IMG/VR virus record: IMGVR_UViG_2873337989_000001
DNA from: an uncultured virus (IMG/VR IMGVR_UViG_2873337989_000001)
Taxonomy: Duplodnaviria; Heunggongvirae; Uroviricota; Caudoviricetes
Strand: one strand, 5' to 3'
Length of the DNA stretch: 59,363 bases
Shown: piece after piece, positions 1 to 8,762 of the stretch
Numbering within the stretch: the first letter of the stretch is position 1
How the letters are laid out: each line of letters opens with the position of its first letter
Position numbers and translations under genes: made by a program
The notes under the pieces: model-generated
The model's database searches: none
Seen by the model: the letters and a program-made list of their open reading frames with translations, nothing else
What the model was told of the DNA's origin: nothing

Positions 1-515
1 AGGCCGGCGGAGACCGGGTGCGGGGGCGGGGGTACGACCTCGCGGCGGTCGAGGTGGCGCAGCATCCACTCGTCGAGGACGTGGGCGGCCATGGCGGGGT
101 CGTCAGGGCATGTGTCGTGGATGGTTGAGGGGCAGTTCGGCCGGAGTTGCTGCCAGACGGCGTGGGGGTCGTCGGCGAGGTGGGTGATGTCGAGGTGGCC
201 GAATTGGCGGACCCAGTCGAATTCGTTCATGCGGAAGGCGTCGGCCAGTTCGGCGTCGGTGGCGCCGCGCATCTTGTCGGTCATGATGGCGCGGGCGACG
301 ACCTTGTTGACCGTCTTGAGGATGTCGAGCGCTTCGCGGGTGAGGCCGGTGATGTCGCGGCGGTCGTCGTCGATGGTGGAGACGACGTCGAGCAGCCGGT
401 CGACGGTGGCGGCGGCCGCGTTGGAGAGGCCGAGTCGGGCGACTTGGTCTCCAGTCATGTCGGCCGTGGTGAATTTCAGGTCGAACCCGTCGTCGGGCGG
501 CTCGTGGTGAGACAT
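1..515 (-). CDS. hypothetical protein, runs off the left edge
   Basis: ATG at 515 with AGGAG upstream; open frame MSHHEPPDDGFDLKF... to position 1; absent from the ORF track because it has no stop in the window. Confidence 0.7.
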   Translation of the reverse strand, partial: MSHHEPPDDGFDLKFTTADMTGDQVARLGLSNAAAATVDRLLDVVSTIDDDRRDITGLTREALDILKTVNKVVARAIMTDKMRGATDAELADAFRMNEFDWVRQFGHLDITHLADDPHAVWQQLRPNCPSTIHDTCPDDPAMAAHVLDEWMLRHLDRREVVPPPPHPVSAG

Positions 516-921
516 GGGGAAGGTGGTCTCCTGTGGCGTCGGCGGCGGGGGTGTCCCTGCCAGCGGCTCCTACCGGGAAGCTGCGGATTCCGGGTGAGGC
601 TATGTGGTTCTGCGTTCATGGGGAAGCCTAGAGATCTTCTGGCCACAATTTAAGACCTGAGGGGTGGTTTGCGGCGCAGGTACTTGAAGCTGCATGAAAG
701 TGCAGAGTTCGGGTTGCAGCTGCGACGGGCGGGGTGTATTGACGCCTGATTCAGGGAGCAGTAGGCTGATCTTAGTAAATAACCCATACACTTTGAGCGG
801 TTAGCGGGGGTGTCGCCTACGATGCGCGACGCCCTAGGGATCTGCTCGAAGAACACGCCTCACGCGGCGGGAACCTGCGGTCCCGGCGCGCGGGGCATAG
901 CCCCAGGAACGGAGCATCGCC

Positions 922-1731
922 TTGTCCAGCACAACCCCGTCGAGTCCGGTCGTGATGACGCCCGAGGTCGCCGAGAAGCTGCGTGCCGTCTTCCCGCCTG
1001 AGAAGATCGGCAAGTTGCCCCGCGTCACCTGCCGCGCCTGCTCGAAGAACTTCGGCTCGTGCAACGAGCATCAGAAGAAGTGGTGCGACACCTGCAGCGG
1101 CATGGTGTCGACCCAGCACATCCACCTCGACTACGTCGGCCACGCTGACATCACCGACCGGTTCCTGCAGGTGGACCCGTGGTGGAACTGGGAGCCGCTC
1201 GCGTTCGACCAGCTCGGCCTACCCGCGTTCGATCAGCACGGCGGGCTGTGGATCAAGCTGACGATCGCCGGGGTGACTCGGCTGGGCTATGGCGACGCGC
1301 AGGGCAAGACCGGCCCGAACGCGGTCAAGGAGGCGATCGGTGATGCGTTCCGCAACGGCGGGATGCGCTTCGGTGTCGCCCTGGACCTGTGGCGCAAGGA
1401 CATGCCCGAGGCCGAAGAGGGCCCGCGCCGAGGTGGCCGCTCTGCTGCGGCGGCTCCTCCCCCTCCGTCTGGCCCTGACCCGCTGTGGCTGGTGAACATC
1501 ACGGCCGAGATCCATGCGGCTCAGACCTTCGACGAGATGATCGAGATCGGCAACCGCATCGACGCGGAATTCAACGCTGGGCGGATCGTCCCGGGCAGCG
1601 ACCTCGCGAACGCTCTGGGCGAGGTGTTCATGCCGAAGCGGGAACAACTGCTCGCCGAGCGTAATACCGCCGCGCGGGCGTACCACGACGCGGTGGCGAG
1701 GGAGACGGTCTCGGAGGCGCTGAGCTCATGA
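922..1731 (+). CDS. Rad52/Sak-like single-strand annealing protein with Cys/His-rich insert
   Basis: LDYVGHADITDRF...W.WE...AVKEAIGDAFRNGGMRFGVALDLW matches the Rad52/Sak pattern; CRAC..C..H..CDTC..H insert. Confidence 0.75.
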   Translation: MSSTTPSSPVVMTPEVAEKLRAVFPPEKIGKLPRVTCRACSKNFGSCNEHQKKWCDTCSGMVSTQHIHLDYVGHADITDRFLQVDPWWNWEPLAFDQLGLPAFDQHGGLWIKLTIAGVTRLGYGDAQGKTGPNAVKEAIGDAFRNGGMRFGVALDLWRKDMPEAEEGPRRGGRSAAAAPPPPSGPDPLWLVNITAEIHAAQTFDEMIEIGNRIDAEFNAGRIVPGSDLANALGEVFMPKREQLLAERNTAARAYHDAVARETVSEALSS

Positions 1732-2396
1732 GCACCAACGACGCCCAGGCGGCGGGCTTTGTGCCCGCCGCCCCGGCGGCCCCCTCCGGCAGGGCCGTCG
1801 CCACGGAACTGGCCATGGCCCGTTACCTGGAGAAGCACAGGATCGGCAAGGTCATTAGCGACCGCATCAAGACGTTGAAGGCCGACGCCGACGACGGGAT
1901 GCCACTGCTCGCGCCCGGCGGGACCGAGATCGCGCACATCGCCGGACGTCAGTTCGCGACCGTGACGCAGCCGAAGGTCGGCTACCAGCTCAAGGTCACC
2001 GACTCGGACGCCTGCGTGGAATGGGTGGAGCAGCAGGCCCCGACCGAGGTGGCGCGCACCATCACCGTGGAGGTGAAGGCAGACGAGGCCGAGCGCGTGA
2101 TCGCCGCGCTCGACTCGCTGCTCGGGCCCGGCCGCGCCCAGCTCACGGTGGAGGTGCGGCCCGCGTTCCTCACCCTGCTCACCGAGGCGGCCAAGAACGG
2201 CGTCACCGTCCACCCCCGCACCGGCGAAGTCGTTCACATCCCCGGCGTGAAGGTCATCCCGACCAACCCCTCCCCCACGGTCAAGTTCACCGACGACGCC
2301 GCCCAGGTGATCGAGGACGCCTACCGGGCGGGCCTGTTCGGCGGCGCGCGCCTGGCGGCGATGCTCGCCCTGCCCGCAGCGGATGGTGACCACTGA
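1728..2396 (+). CDS. hypothetical phage protein
   Basis: ATGA overlap with the upstream gene; good codon usage. Confidence 0.75.
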   Translation: MSTNDAQAAGFVPAAPAAPSGRAVATELAMARYLEKHRIGKVISDRIKTLKADADDGMPLLAPGGTEIAHIAGRQFATVTQPKVGYQLKVTDSDACVEWVEQQAPTEVARTITVEVKADEAERVIAALDSLLGPGRAQLTVEVRPAFLTLLTEAAKNGVTVHPRTGEVVHIPGVKVIPTNPSPTVKFTDDAAQVIEDAYRAGLFGGARLAAMLALPAADGDH

Positions 2397-2686
2397 TGGC
2401 CAAGCTTCGACGCGCCCGGATCACGCCCGGCTGGCACGAGCGGGCCGCCTGTAAGGGTGCCGACCACTGGATCTTCTGCAACGACGAAGCCGCCTTGCGG
2501 AACGGCGAGCCGCGCCCGCCGTATGACGAGGAGAAGGCCAAGTCGTACTGCTCCGGCTGCCCGGTCCGCACGGTGTGCCTGGAGGAGGCGCTGCGGATGC
2601 GCGACCTGTTCATGGTGCGCGGCGGCCTCAACGCCGACGAGCTCCGCGCGGAGTACCTCACCCGCCAGCGCAGGGCGGCGAGCTAG
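2396..2686 (+). CDS. WhiB-family Fe-S transcription regulator
   Basis: W..RAAC...AKSYCSGCPVRTVCLEEAL...VRGG; four conserved Cys. Confidence 0.85.
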   Translation: MAKLRRARITPGWHERAACKGADHWIFCNDEAALRNGEPRPPYDEEKAKSYCSGCPVRTVCLEEALRMRDLFMVRGGLNADELRAEYLTRQRRAAS

Positions 2687-2883
2687 CCGCACAGCCGCAC
2701 CCGCCCCTCTTCCGCGACACGCCCGGGATGCACGAACACCCCCGCATCTACCTGCGTGAACGCGGCCCAGATCTTCCCGGCTGGACGCAAACACCTCGAA
2801 GTGTTTTCGTCCGCGCGCACTCTCGGCACCCCTGTGCCGGGGGCGCGCGCATCGGTCCCCCACCGACAGAAAAGACCCGCAGC

Positions 2884-3066
2884 ATGCTGTTCGACTTCCG
2901 GAAGCGCCGCGCCACCGCGGCGTCTTCCGTCGCGCCCGAGAGCCTGACCCCACCCTCGAACGAGGAGCTGGCGGGCTGGCTGGCCGGGCTTGGAACCCCC
3001 GACATCTCCGCGCCCGAGGCAAGCTCCGCCGGGCGTCACCCCTATGCCGTTGCGAGCGCCCGATGA
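2884..3066 (+). CDS. small hypothetical protein
   Basis: MLFDFRKRR...; stop overlaps the next ATG (ATGA). Confidence 0.4.
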   Translation: MLFDFRKRRATAASSVAPESLTPPSNEELAGWLAGLGTPDISAPEASSAGRHPYAVASAR

Positions 3067-4505
3067 GCGTTGAAGCGATCTCCTGGGCGCTCAATCTGGC
3101 CCCCATCCCCAAGGACGGCGGCGGCAAGCCCAACAGCGCGTGCGCGTTCGTCCTGGTGGGCCTGGCAAACAACGCCGACAGCACCGGCCGCGATGCCTTC
3201 CCCAGTGTCAACACCCTCGTCCGGTACACCCGGCTGTCCGAGCGGACCGTGCGCACCGCCCTCGACAGGCTCGCCGAGGAGGGGGTCATCCGTGAGGGTG
3301 ACCAGGCGATCGTCGCGGCGAAGATCAAGCGAGGCGACCGCCGCCCTCAGGTGTGGGACCTGTCAATGGAACTGATCCGCGACGACCTCGACGCCGACGA
3401 CCTGGAGAGCCTGGAGCGCACCTTCCCCGGCATCACCGCCCGATACGCAACCGTCCGACCTGCGGAAACATCGCGGGGTGCAGCGGTTGCACCCCGCGCC
3501 AAGCGGGGTGCGAACGACGGCACGGGGTGCAACCAGCGCAGCAACGGGGTGCAACCGGCGCACGAACGGGGTGCGGTGGTTGCACCCGACCCGTCCATAG
3601 ACCCGTCCATAGACCCGTCCTCTTCTTCTCCCGCCGTAGGCGGTTCACCTACAGGTGGTAGGCGCCTCGAGGTCGCGGCCGTCCCGGCCGGAAGCGAAAC
3701 CCCGGCAGCGACGAAGGCAGATCGCGAGCAGGCGAGGAACGCTCCGCGGGTGGCGCCCGCCGCCGCAGTGTTCGCGGCACTGCCCGAGGACCTGCGCCGC
3801 CGGATCAGCCGCGGGGCGTCGGGCCAGGTGCTGACTGCGATTCAGCGGGAGTTGGCCACCCGCACCCCGGCCGAGCTGGTCGAGCGGGTGGAGCGCCGCT
3901 GGACGTGGTGGCTGCACACCAACGAGCACGCCCGCGTCAACGACCCGGTGGCCGCCGCCATCACCCTGGTTCGGGCCCGCCAGTGCGCCAACGCGCGCTG
4001 CGAGGACGGCCAGGACCTCGATCAGGGCGGGGACTGCCCGGCCTGCCAGGGCGGAGCGCACCGCACCGACACACCCCCACCGTCCACGCCGCCCACCACG
4101 ACCAGCGCGGCCGCCCCCGCTCCGACGCCTGCGGCCTTGGGCACGCCGATTCCTCCGTCCTGGCAGGACCGGCTCAAGGAACTGGCGGCGATCACCGCCA
4201 TCGCCTCCGACGACGAGACGCCCCGCCCCCGGCCCCAGAAGGCCCCTGTAGAGCGCGGAGACGTCGCCCGCGCAGCGATCACGGCGGCCAGAGCGGTCCT
4301 GGGCCCCAAGACGCCCACAGCGCACGAGAAGGATCTCCAGCAGGCCAAGCAGATCTACTGCGAGACGTGCGGCGCCGATGAGGGCTCCTGGTGCCTCAAC
4401 ACCGACCAGGAGGAGATGCCGCTCCTCAACAAGATCCACCCCAAGCGGGTCCAGGCCGCCCGCGCCAGCAAGCAGCAGTCCGCCGCCGAGGAGAGCGCCG
4501 CATGA
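3063..4505 (+). CDS. phage-type replication initiator (N-terminal HTH_36-like wHTH, C-terminal Zn fingers)
   Basis: MSVEAISWAL...VLVGLANNAD...FPSVNTL...LSERTVRTALDRL; internal iteron-like repeats. Confidence 0.75.
   Translation: MSVEAISWALNLAPIPKDGGGKPNSACAFVLVGLANNADSTGRDAFPSVNTLVRYTRLSERTVRTALDRLAEEGVIREGDQAIVAAKIKRGDRRPQVWDLSMELIRDDLDADDLESLERTFPGITARYATVRPAETSRGAAVAPRAKRGANDGTGCNQRSNGVQPAHERGAVVAPDPSIDPSIDPSSSSPAVGGSPTGGRRLEVAAVPAGSETPAATKADREQARNAPRVAPAAAVFAALPEDLRRRISRGASGQVLTAIQRELATRTPAELVERVERRWTWWLHTNEHARVNDPVAAAITLVRARQCANARCEDGQDLDQGGDCPACQGGAHRTDTPPPSTPPTTTSAAAPAPTPAALGTPIPPSWQDRLKELAAITAIASDDETPRPRPQKAPVERGDVARAAITAARAVLGPKTPTAHEKDLQQAKQIYCETCGADEGSWCLNTDQEEMPLLNKIHPKRVQAARASKQQSAAEESAA
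3474..3620. repeat. iteron-like repeats inside the initiator gene (putative origin)
   Basis: CGGGGTGC five times, inverted GTTGCACCC twice, then tandem GACCCGTCCATA. Confidence 0.7.
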
Positions 4506-4538
4506 GCGCCGCCACCACGCGGACGGTGGGGGTGTGCG

Positions 4539-4916
4539 ATGGATGACGTCGAGTTGGCCGCCCTGCGCGCGCAGGTCACCACTCTGGAGGCGGCGCTCAC
4601 CGTACGGCAGCGCTCCATCCCCGCGCTCCCCCGTCTCGACGGCGCCACCCCGATCACGTGGCGGCGCTGGCAGGCCGCGCCCCTGCTCTCCCACGTCGAC
4701 TCGGCGTGCGAGCAGTGCGCGCACCCCGGCCCTCAGCAGATCACGTTCGGCCTCGATTCCAGGGCCGGCCGGAAGCCCGTCATCTGCTACCAGGCCAATC
4801 GCTGCCCGGCCTGCCAGGAGGTGCGCGTCTACCGGCGTGACGAAGCCACCACCGGGTGGCCGCGCGCCGTCCTGACCGAGATCGCCTACCACCCGTCCCG
4901 TACAGAGGAGCAGTGA
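4539..4916 (+). CDS. hypothetical protein, CxxC Zn-ribbon-like
   Basis: CEQC...CPAC; coupled to the next gene. Confidence 0.6.
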   Translation: MDDVELAALRAQVTTLEAALTVRQRSIPALPRLDGATPITWRRWQAAPLLSHVDSACEQCAHPGPQQITFGLDSRAGRKPVICYQANRCPACQEVRVYRRDEATTGWPRAVLTEIAYHPSRTEEQ

Positions 4917-5239
4917 TGCCCGAAACCATCCTCGAGGAGCCGCCCCAGGGCTCCGTCGTCGCGATCGACTGGGGCGGCCTTCGCCAAGAGGTGTGGGTGT
5001 CCGACCGGTACAACTTCGGCAACTGGTACACCACCGACGCGCGCGTGACCGGTCACCCCACCTGGAGCGTGGTGGTAGCCCGCGCCCAGGGCCGTCTCCT
5101 GACCTTGCTCGTCGCGGCCGACGAGGACACCTACCGGCTCGGCTACCGCGCCGGCGTCGACGCCGCGGGGCATGCCGTCGCGGAAACACTCGACGAGATC
5201 CGCTCCGCCCGCCCGATGAGAGGACCCGAGCGTGGCTGA
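4916..5239 (+). CDS. hypothetical protein
   Basis: TGATG coupling; GAGGAG RBS. Confidence 0.65.
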   Translation: MPETILEEPPQGSVVAIDWGGLRQEVWVSDRYNFGNWYTTDARVTGHPTWSVVVARAQGRLLTLLVAADEDTYRLGYRAGVDAAGHAVAETLDEIRSARPMRGPERG

Positions 5240-5861
5240 CCGGATCGAGCTCCTCCTGGGTGCCGAAGGCCTGGTCCTCCTCGTGCCCACCAGCGCCGCG
5301 GCGTCAGCCGCCGCCATCCTGGAGCAGGCGCGCGAGTTCGCCGCCAGCGAGGACGTTGTCATCCCCCCGGCGCTGGAGCAGCTGACCGTGGCCTGGGTGT
5401 GTCTCAGCGAACACGATGTCGGCTGCATGATCTGCTTCGAGCGGGGCGAGATCCATTACCGGCTTGCTCTGCCTGGACAGCCCGGAGCGTTCGTGGCGGC
5501 GATCATCCCCTGCTCCGTACCGGAGCCCGGCGAACTCACCGGCACGCCGCTCGCACCCATCAGCGAGAAGGCGAGCGGAGCGCCGCGATGCGAAGTCGCG
5601 GCGTCGTTCTTCGGCATCGACCTCGGCCCCTGCGGCGAGCCCGCCACGCACATGATCACCTTCACCTGCGAGCGCCAGTGCGTGCGCGCACCGCAGCTCG
5701 TCTGCGGCCTCCACCACGAGGCCGCGACTACGCCCGCCCCCGACCCCAACGAGCTGTCCGTGTGCCGCGTCTGCGAGGAAGCCGGTCGCGGCGACGTCCT
5801 GATCCGGCTCCTGTCGTCCGGGTCCCTGGTTCTCACCTCCGAGGAAGGCTCTGCCCCATGA
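5232..5861 (+). CDS. hypothetical Cys-rich protein
   Basis: overlapping operon arrangement; several Cys/His pairs. Confidence 0.6.
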   Translation: MADRIELLLGAEGLVLLVPTSAAASAAAILEQAREFAASEDVVIPPALEQLTVAWVCLSEHDVGCMICFERGEIHYRLALPGQPGAFVAAIIPCSVPEPGELTGTPLAPISEKASGAPRCEVAASFFGIDLGPCGEPATHMITFTCERQCVRAPQLVCGLHHEAATTPAPDPNELSVCRVCEEAGRGDVLIRLLSSGSLVLTSEEGSAP

Positions 5862-6112
5862 CCACCGTCACGCAAGACCAGCATGCATCCGAAATCGACG
5901 CCGAGGCGCCGGTGGGGTTCGTCGTCGTCGACGTCGCTCAGGCTGGCGACAATTCGGGGTGGATGACGCCGCGCATGCGCGCCACGAGGAAGCAGGCCCA
6001 CGAGGATCTCGAGTTCTGGCGGGGCACGGCCCGGTCGGGGTCGAGTATGGATCTGCGGGTGGCGAAGATCGTTCTCGTCGACGCCGCGTCTTCCGCAGGG
6101 GGAGAGGCGTGA
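5858..6112 (+). CDS. hypothetical protein
   Basis: ATGA overlap, GAGGAAGG RBS; MTTVTQDQ... Confidence 0.55.
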   Translation: MTTVTQDQHASEIDAEAPVGFVVVDVAQAGDNSGWMTPRMRATRKQAHEDLEFWRGTARSGSSMDLRVAKIVLVDAASSAGGEA

Positions 6113-6309
6113 CGGGGTCCGGTTGATGGCGGCCGCACTCCTGCTTGGCCCCGTGACGCTGGATGAGCCCAGCCTGGATGCGATGGCCTGCGGCAGCAGA
6201 GCCTGGCAGCTCACCTACACTCGGCCGCACCCCACCGCCGTCTAGGACGCATCTTCCCTGGCGGTAGTGATCTCGCCCCGGCACAGGATGCGTCGCTGAC
6301 CGGTGGATC

Positions 6310-6981
6310 TCAGTGAGCCAGCTCGATATCGAGGGCATGCCGGTCACTGGCGTACACCTCGACCCGCACCGCCGCCGTCGCTCCCTCGCCGTCCACGAGA
6401 GAGGTCACCTGCTCCAACACCGGCGTGCCCGGCGGGAGACCTAGAAGGCGCTCCTCCTCGCTCGTCGGCATGCGCGCGAACACCGTGGCGCGCTGCCGCA
6501 CCTCCAGGCCTGCCCGCTCCATCAGGATCGAGTCCGGATCGTCCAGCGGCCGCGGCTGCTTCAACTCGGGGACCGCGTCGCTGACCCGGCCCGCATAGTA
6601 GGTGTCGTGCAGGGCGGTGCCGATGACGCGCCGCCGCACGACGTCGCTTTCGCCGGGTAGCCGCTCGGCGACGCGCGCGGGCGGTTCGACGATCATGACC
6701 ATGACCCGGGCGCCGAACTCCCGGCCAGCTGATCGTAGGCTCGTGTCGACGAGCTGCCGGTCATAGACGCGGACGAACGTGCCGCGCCGTCTCTTCGCCT
6801 CTGCGACTCCCCTGTCGATCAGCACCCGCAAGGCGCGCTGCACCGTGTTGCGGCCCACGCCGTACCGAGCCGCGAGGTCATGCTCGCTGGGCAGCTGGTC
6901 GCCGGGCTGGTAGTCGCCTGCTTCGATCGCGCCGAGCAGTTTGGCCGCGATCTCTTCGAAGGCATGCGCCTCGGCGCTCAT
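6310..6981 (-). CDS. GntR-family (HTH+UTRA) repressor, KorA/TraR-like
   Basis: YQPGDQLPSEHDLAARYGVGRNTVQRAL GntR HTH; divergent from the transfer genes as in Streptomyces plasmids. Confidence 0.9.
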   Translation of the reverse strand: MSAEAHAFEEIAAKLLGAIEAGDYQPGDQLPSEHDLAARYGVGRNTVQRALRVLIDRGVAEAKRRRGTFVRVYDRQLVDTSLRSAGREFGARVMVMIVEPPARVAERLPGESDVVRRRVIGTALHDTYYAGRVSDAVPELKQPRPLDDPDSILMERAGLEVRQRATVFARMPTSEEERLLGLPPGTPVLEQVTSLVDGEGATAAVRVEVYASDRHALDIELAH

Positions 6982-7081
6982 CCCACCCATCACTCCCTGA
7001 AGTCGCTGGTGCCGTGCGACAAGAGTGCCAGCACACGGCGCTACAGCGGTACCGACTGGGGCCATCAACGTCAACACCTCC

Positions 7082-7130
7082 CTTGCACAACTACACCCAT
7101 CAAGTTACCTTGACGGGTGTAGAACGCAAG
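7082..7130. promoter_or_regulatory. inverted-repeat operator between the GntR gene and the tra operon
   Basis: CTACACCCATCAAG-ttac-CTTGACGGGTGTAG (13/14 paired), flanked by CTTGC...GCAAG. Confidence 0.7.
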
Positions 7131-7153
7131 AGCCGATCCGAAAGGGCGCCCCG

Positions 7154-7414
7154 ATGCTGATCCCTCCTCGCGAGCCCTGCCCGCAGTGCCGGGGCGGGGG
7201 CTCGACCACCTACCACGGCCACCTAATCGGCAAGTGCTGGGGCTGTTCCGGCCTCGGCCACACCCGCGACTGGCACCACCTGCACCTGGCTGCCCTCGAG
7301 CTCGGAGCCGTGATCGCCGCATCCGCCGCAGCAGCCACCGCCCTGGCCTGGCTGCGCGGCGACCTCACCGCTCTGCTCACGACGGTGACGACTTTCATCG
7401 AGGTGACCCCGTGA
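7154..7414 (+). CDS. small membrane protein with CxxCxGxG motifs
   Basis: AAAGG RBS; CPQCRGGG...CWGCSGLG; hydrophobic C-terminus. Confidence 0.6.
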   Translation: MLIPPREPCPQCRGGGSTTYHGHLIGKCWGCSGLGHTRDWHHLHLAALELGAVIAASAAAATALAWLRGDLTALLTTVTTFIEVTP

Positions 7415-8715
7415 CGTTCGTTCCCGTCGAGAACCTCACCGACTCCGACGACGAGACCGCCGTCGAGGAGACGCCCCCGCCCACCATCGAGTCAGCACCG
7501 GCCGACTCCGCTCAACCCACCTCCACCCCGGCCGAGGGCACGTCGTCGGCGCCGGGTCGGACCGCGCTGGTCGGCGGCCTGTCGACGGCCGTCCTGGTGG
7601 CCACCGGCCTCTACGAACTGGCGGGCGTGGGTGGACTGGCCGCGAGTGGCGCCGCTGTCGTCGGCGGCGGCGCTCTCTACGTCGCTCACCGCCGCGGCGC
7701 CCTGCTGAGGAAGCGTCCCGGCGGGAGAGAGGGCGCGACCGGCGGCGCGGCGGCCTCGCGCAAGAGCCGCGCAGCACGTGCCGGCCGCGCCGAAGCGGCG
7801 CATGCCAGCCCCGCAGGCGGTCGGCCTGCCCGCCGCCGCAGCCGCCTCGGACGCGCTGCCCAAGAGAACTTCCCATATGGGAAGGTCCAAAAGGCCCGGC
7901 GTTCAAGGGGTTCGACCAGCAGGAACGGCTCTACCGCCGCCTCTTCGACCGGACGCCGGTCGGAGAGGACGCAGCGGTTCGTCCACGCCCGCCAGGCCGG
8001 TCGCACCATGGCCCGGTGGGTGAACCGGCGCACCGGCCGCCGCGAGCACCGCACCGCTCGGACGCGCCGCTTCCGACCGGCGATGTCCCGGCTGGTGGCC
8101 CGCCTCCACGCGTGGGACACCGACACGGGACTGGGCCTGTACGCACTGCTCGCTCGCCTCGTCGCGCGGGCCCGACGCCTCCTCGGCAAGTCCCCCGCCG
8201 CCGGACAACCCGGCGACGTAGCCGATCCCACCTCCACCTCCGAGGCCTCCCCCACCGGCGAGACCCCGACCGGCCAACCCAAGCCTGACCAGGCCAAGCA
8301 CGACCGCCCCCGCACCGAACCCCCGGCATACCGAACGAGGAGCCCCCGCATGAGCAGCATCACCTACAGCGCGATCGGCGAGAACCCGCTCGTCCTCATG
8401 TCCGTCGAGATGATCACCGCAGGCACCCAGTACGACGTGCCCCGCATGATGGACCTCGCCGCGCACATGGACGCCATGTACCAGGTGCCGGAAAACCTTG
8501 CCGTGGCTGTCACCCGTTTCGGGCAGCGACTCCAGGCCACCCACCCCATCCACGCGGCCGTGATCGAGGAATTCGCCCACGTGGTGAAGGGGTTCTCCGC
8601 CGTCATCGCGCCCGCCCGCCAGCTCGCCGTCACCTTCCGCAGCGCTCACGCCGAAGACATCGCACGCCACGACGCGCCCCGCGTCAACGAGCACAAGTGG
8701 GACATCAACGCCTGA
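7411..8715 (+). CDS. TraA-like plasmid transfer accessory protein
   Basis: GTGA coupling, TM segments, basic middle; C-terminus ...DIARHDAPRVNEHKWD resembles genes upstream of traB. Confidence 0.55.
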   Translation: MTFVPVENLTDSDDETAVEETPPPTIESAPADSAQPTSTPAEGTSSAPGRTALVGGLSTAVLVATGLYELAGVGGLAASGAAVVGGGALYVAHRRGALLRKRPGGREGATGGAAASRKSRAARAGRAEAAHASPAGGRPARRRSRLGRAAQENFPYGKVQKARRSRGSTSRNGSTAASSTGRRSERTQRFVHARQAGRTMARWVNRRTGRREHRTARTRRFRPAMSRLVARLHAWDTDTGLGLYALLARLVARARRLLGKSPAAGQPGDVADPTSTSEASPTGETPTGQPKPDQAKHDRPRTEPPAYRTRSPRMSSITYSAIGENPLVLMSVEMITAGTQYDVPRMMDLAAHMDAMYQVPENLAVAVTRFGQRLQATHPIHAAVIEEFAHVVKGFSAVIAPARQLAVTFRSAHAEDIARHDAPRVNEHKWDINA

Positions 8716-8762
8716 CCCCGCCCCGCCCTCAACCCCCGCACCTGCACCAAAAGGAGAAGCAC

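Noticed and set aside
91..653. + strand ORFs of 139 and 168 aa
   Set aside because: Antisense shadows of the - strand gene starting at 515
3645..5189. 514-aa - strand ORF and similar long R/P/G-rich ORFs throughout (e.g. 27332-29086, 32288-34678, 34769-36622, 44915-46852)
   Set aside because: High-GC shadow frames opposite well-supported genes; no RBS or motifs
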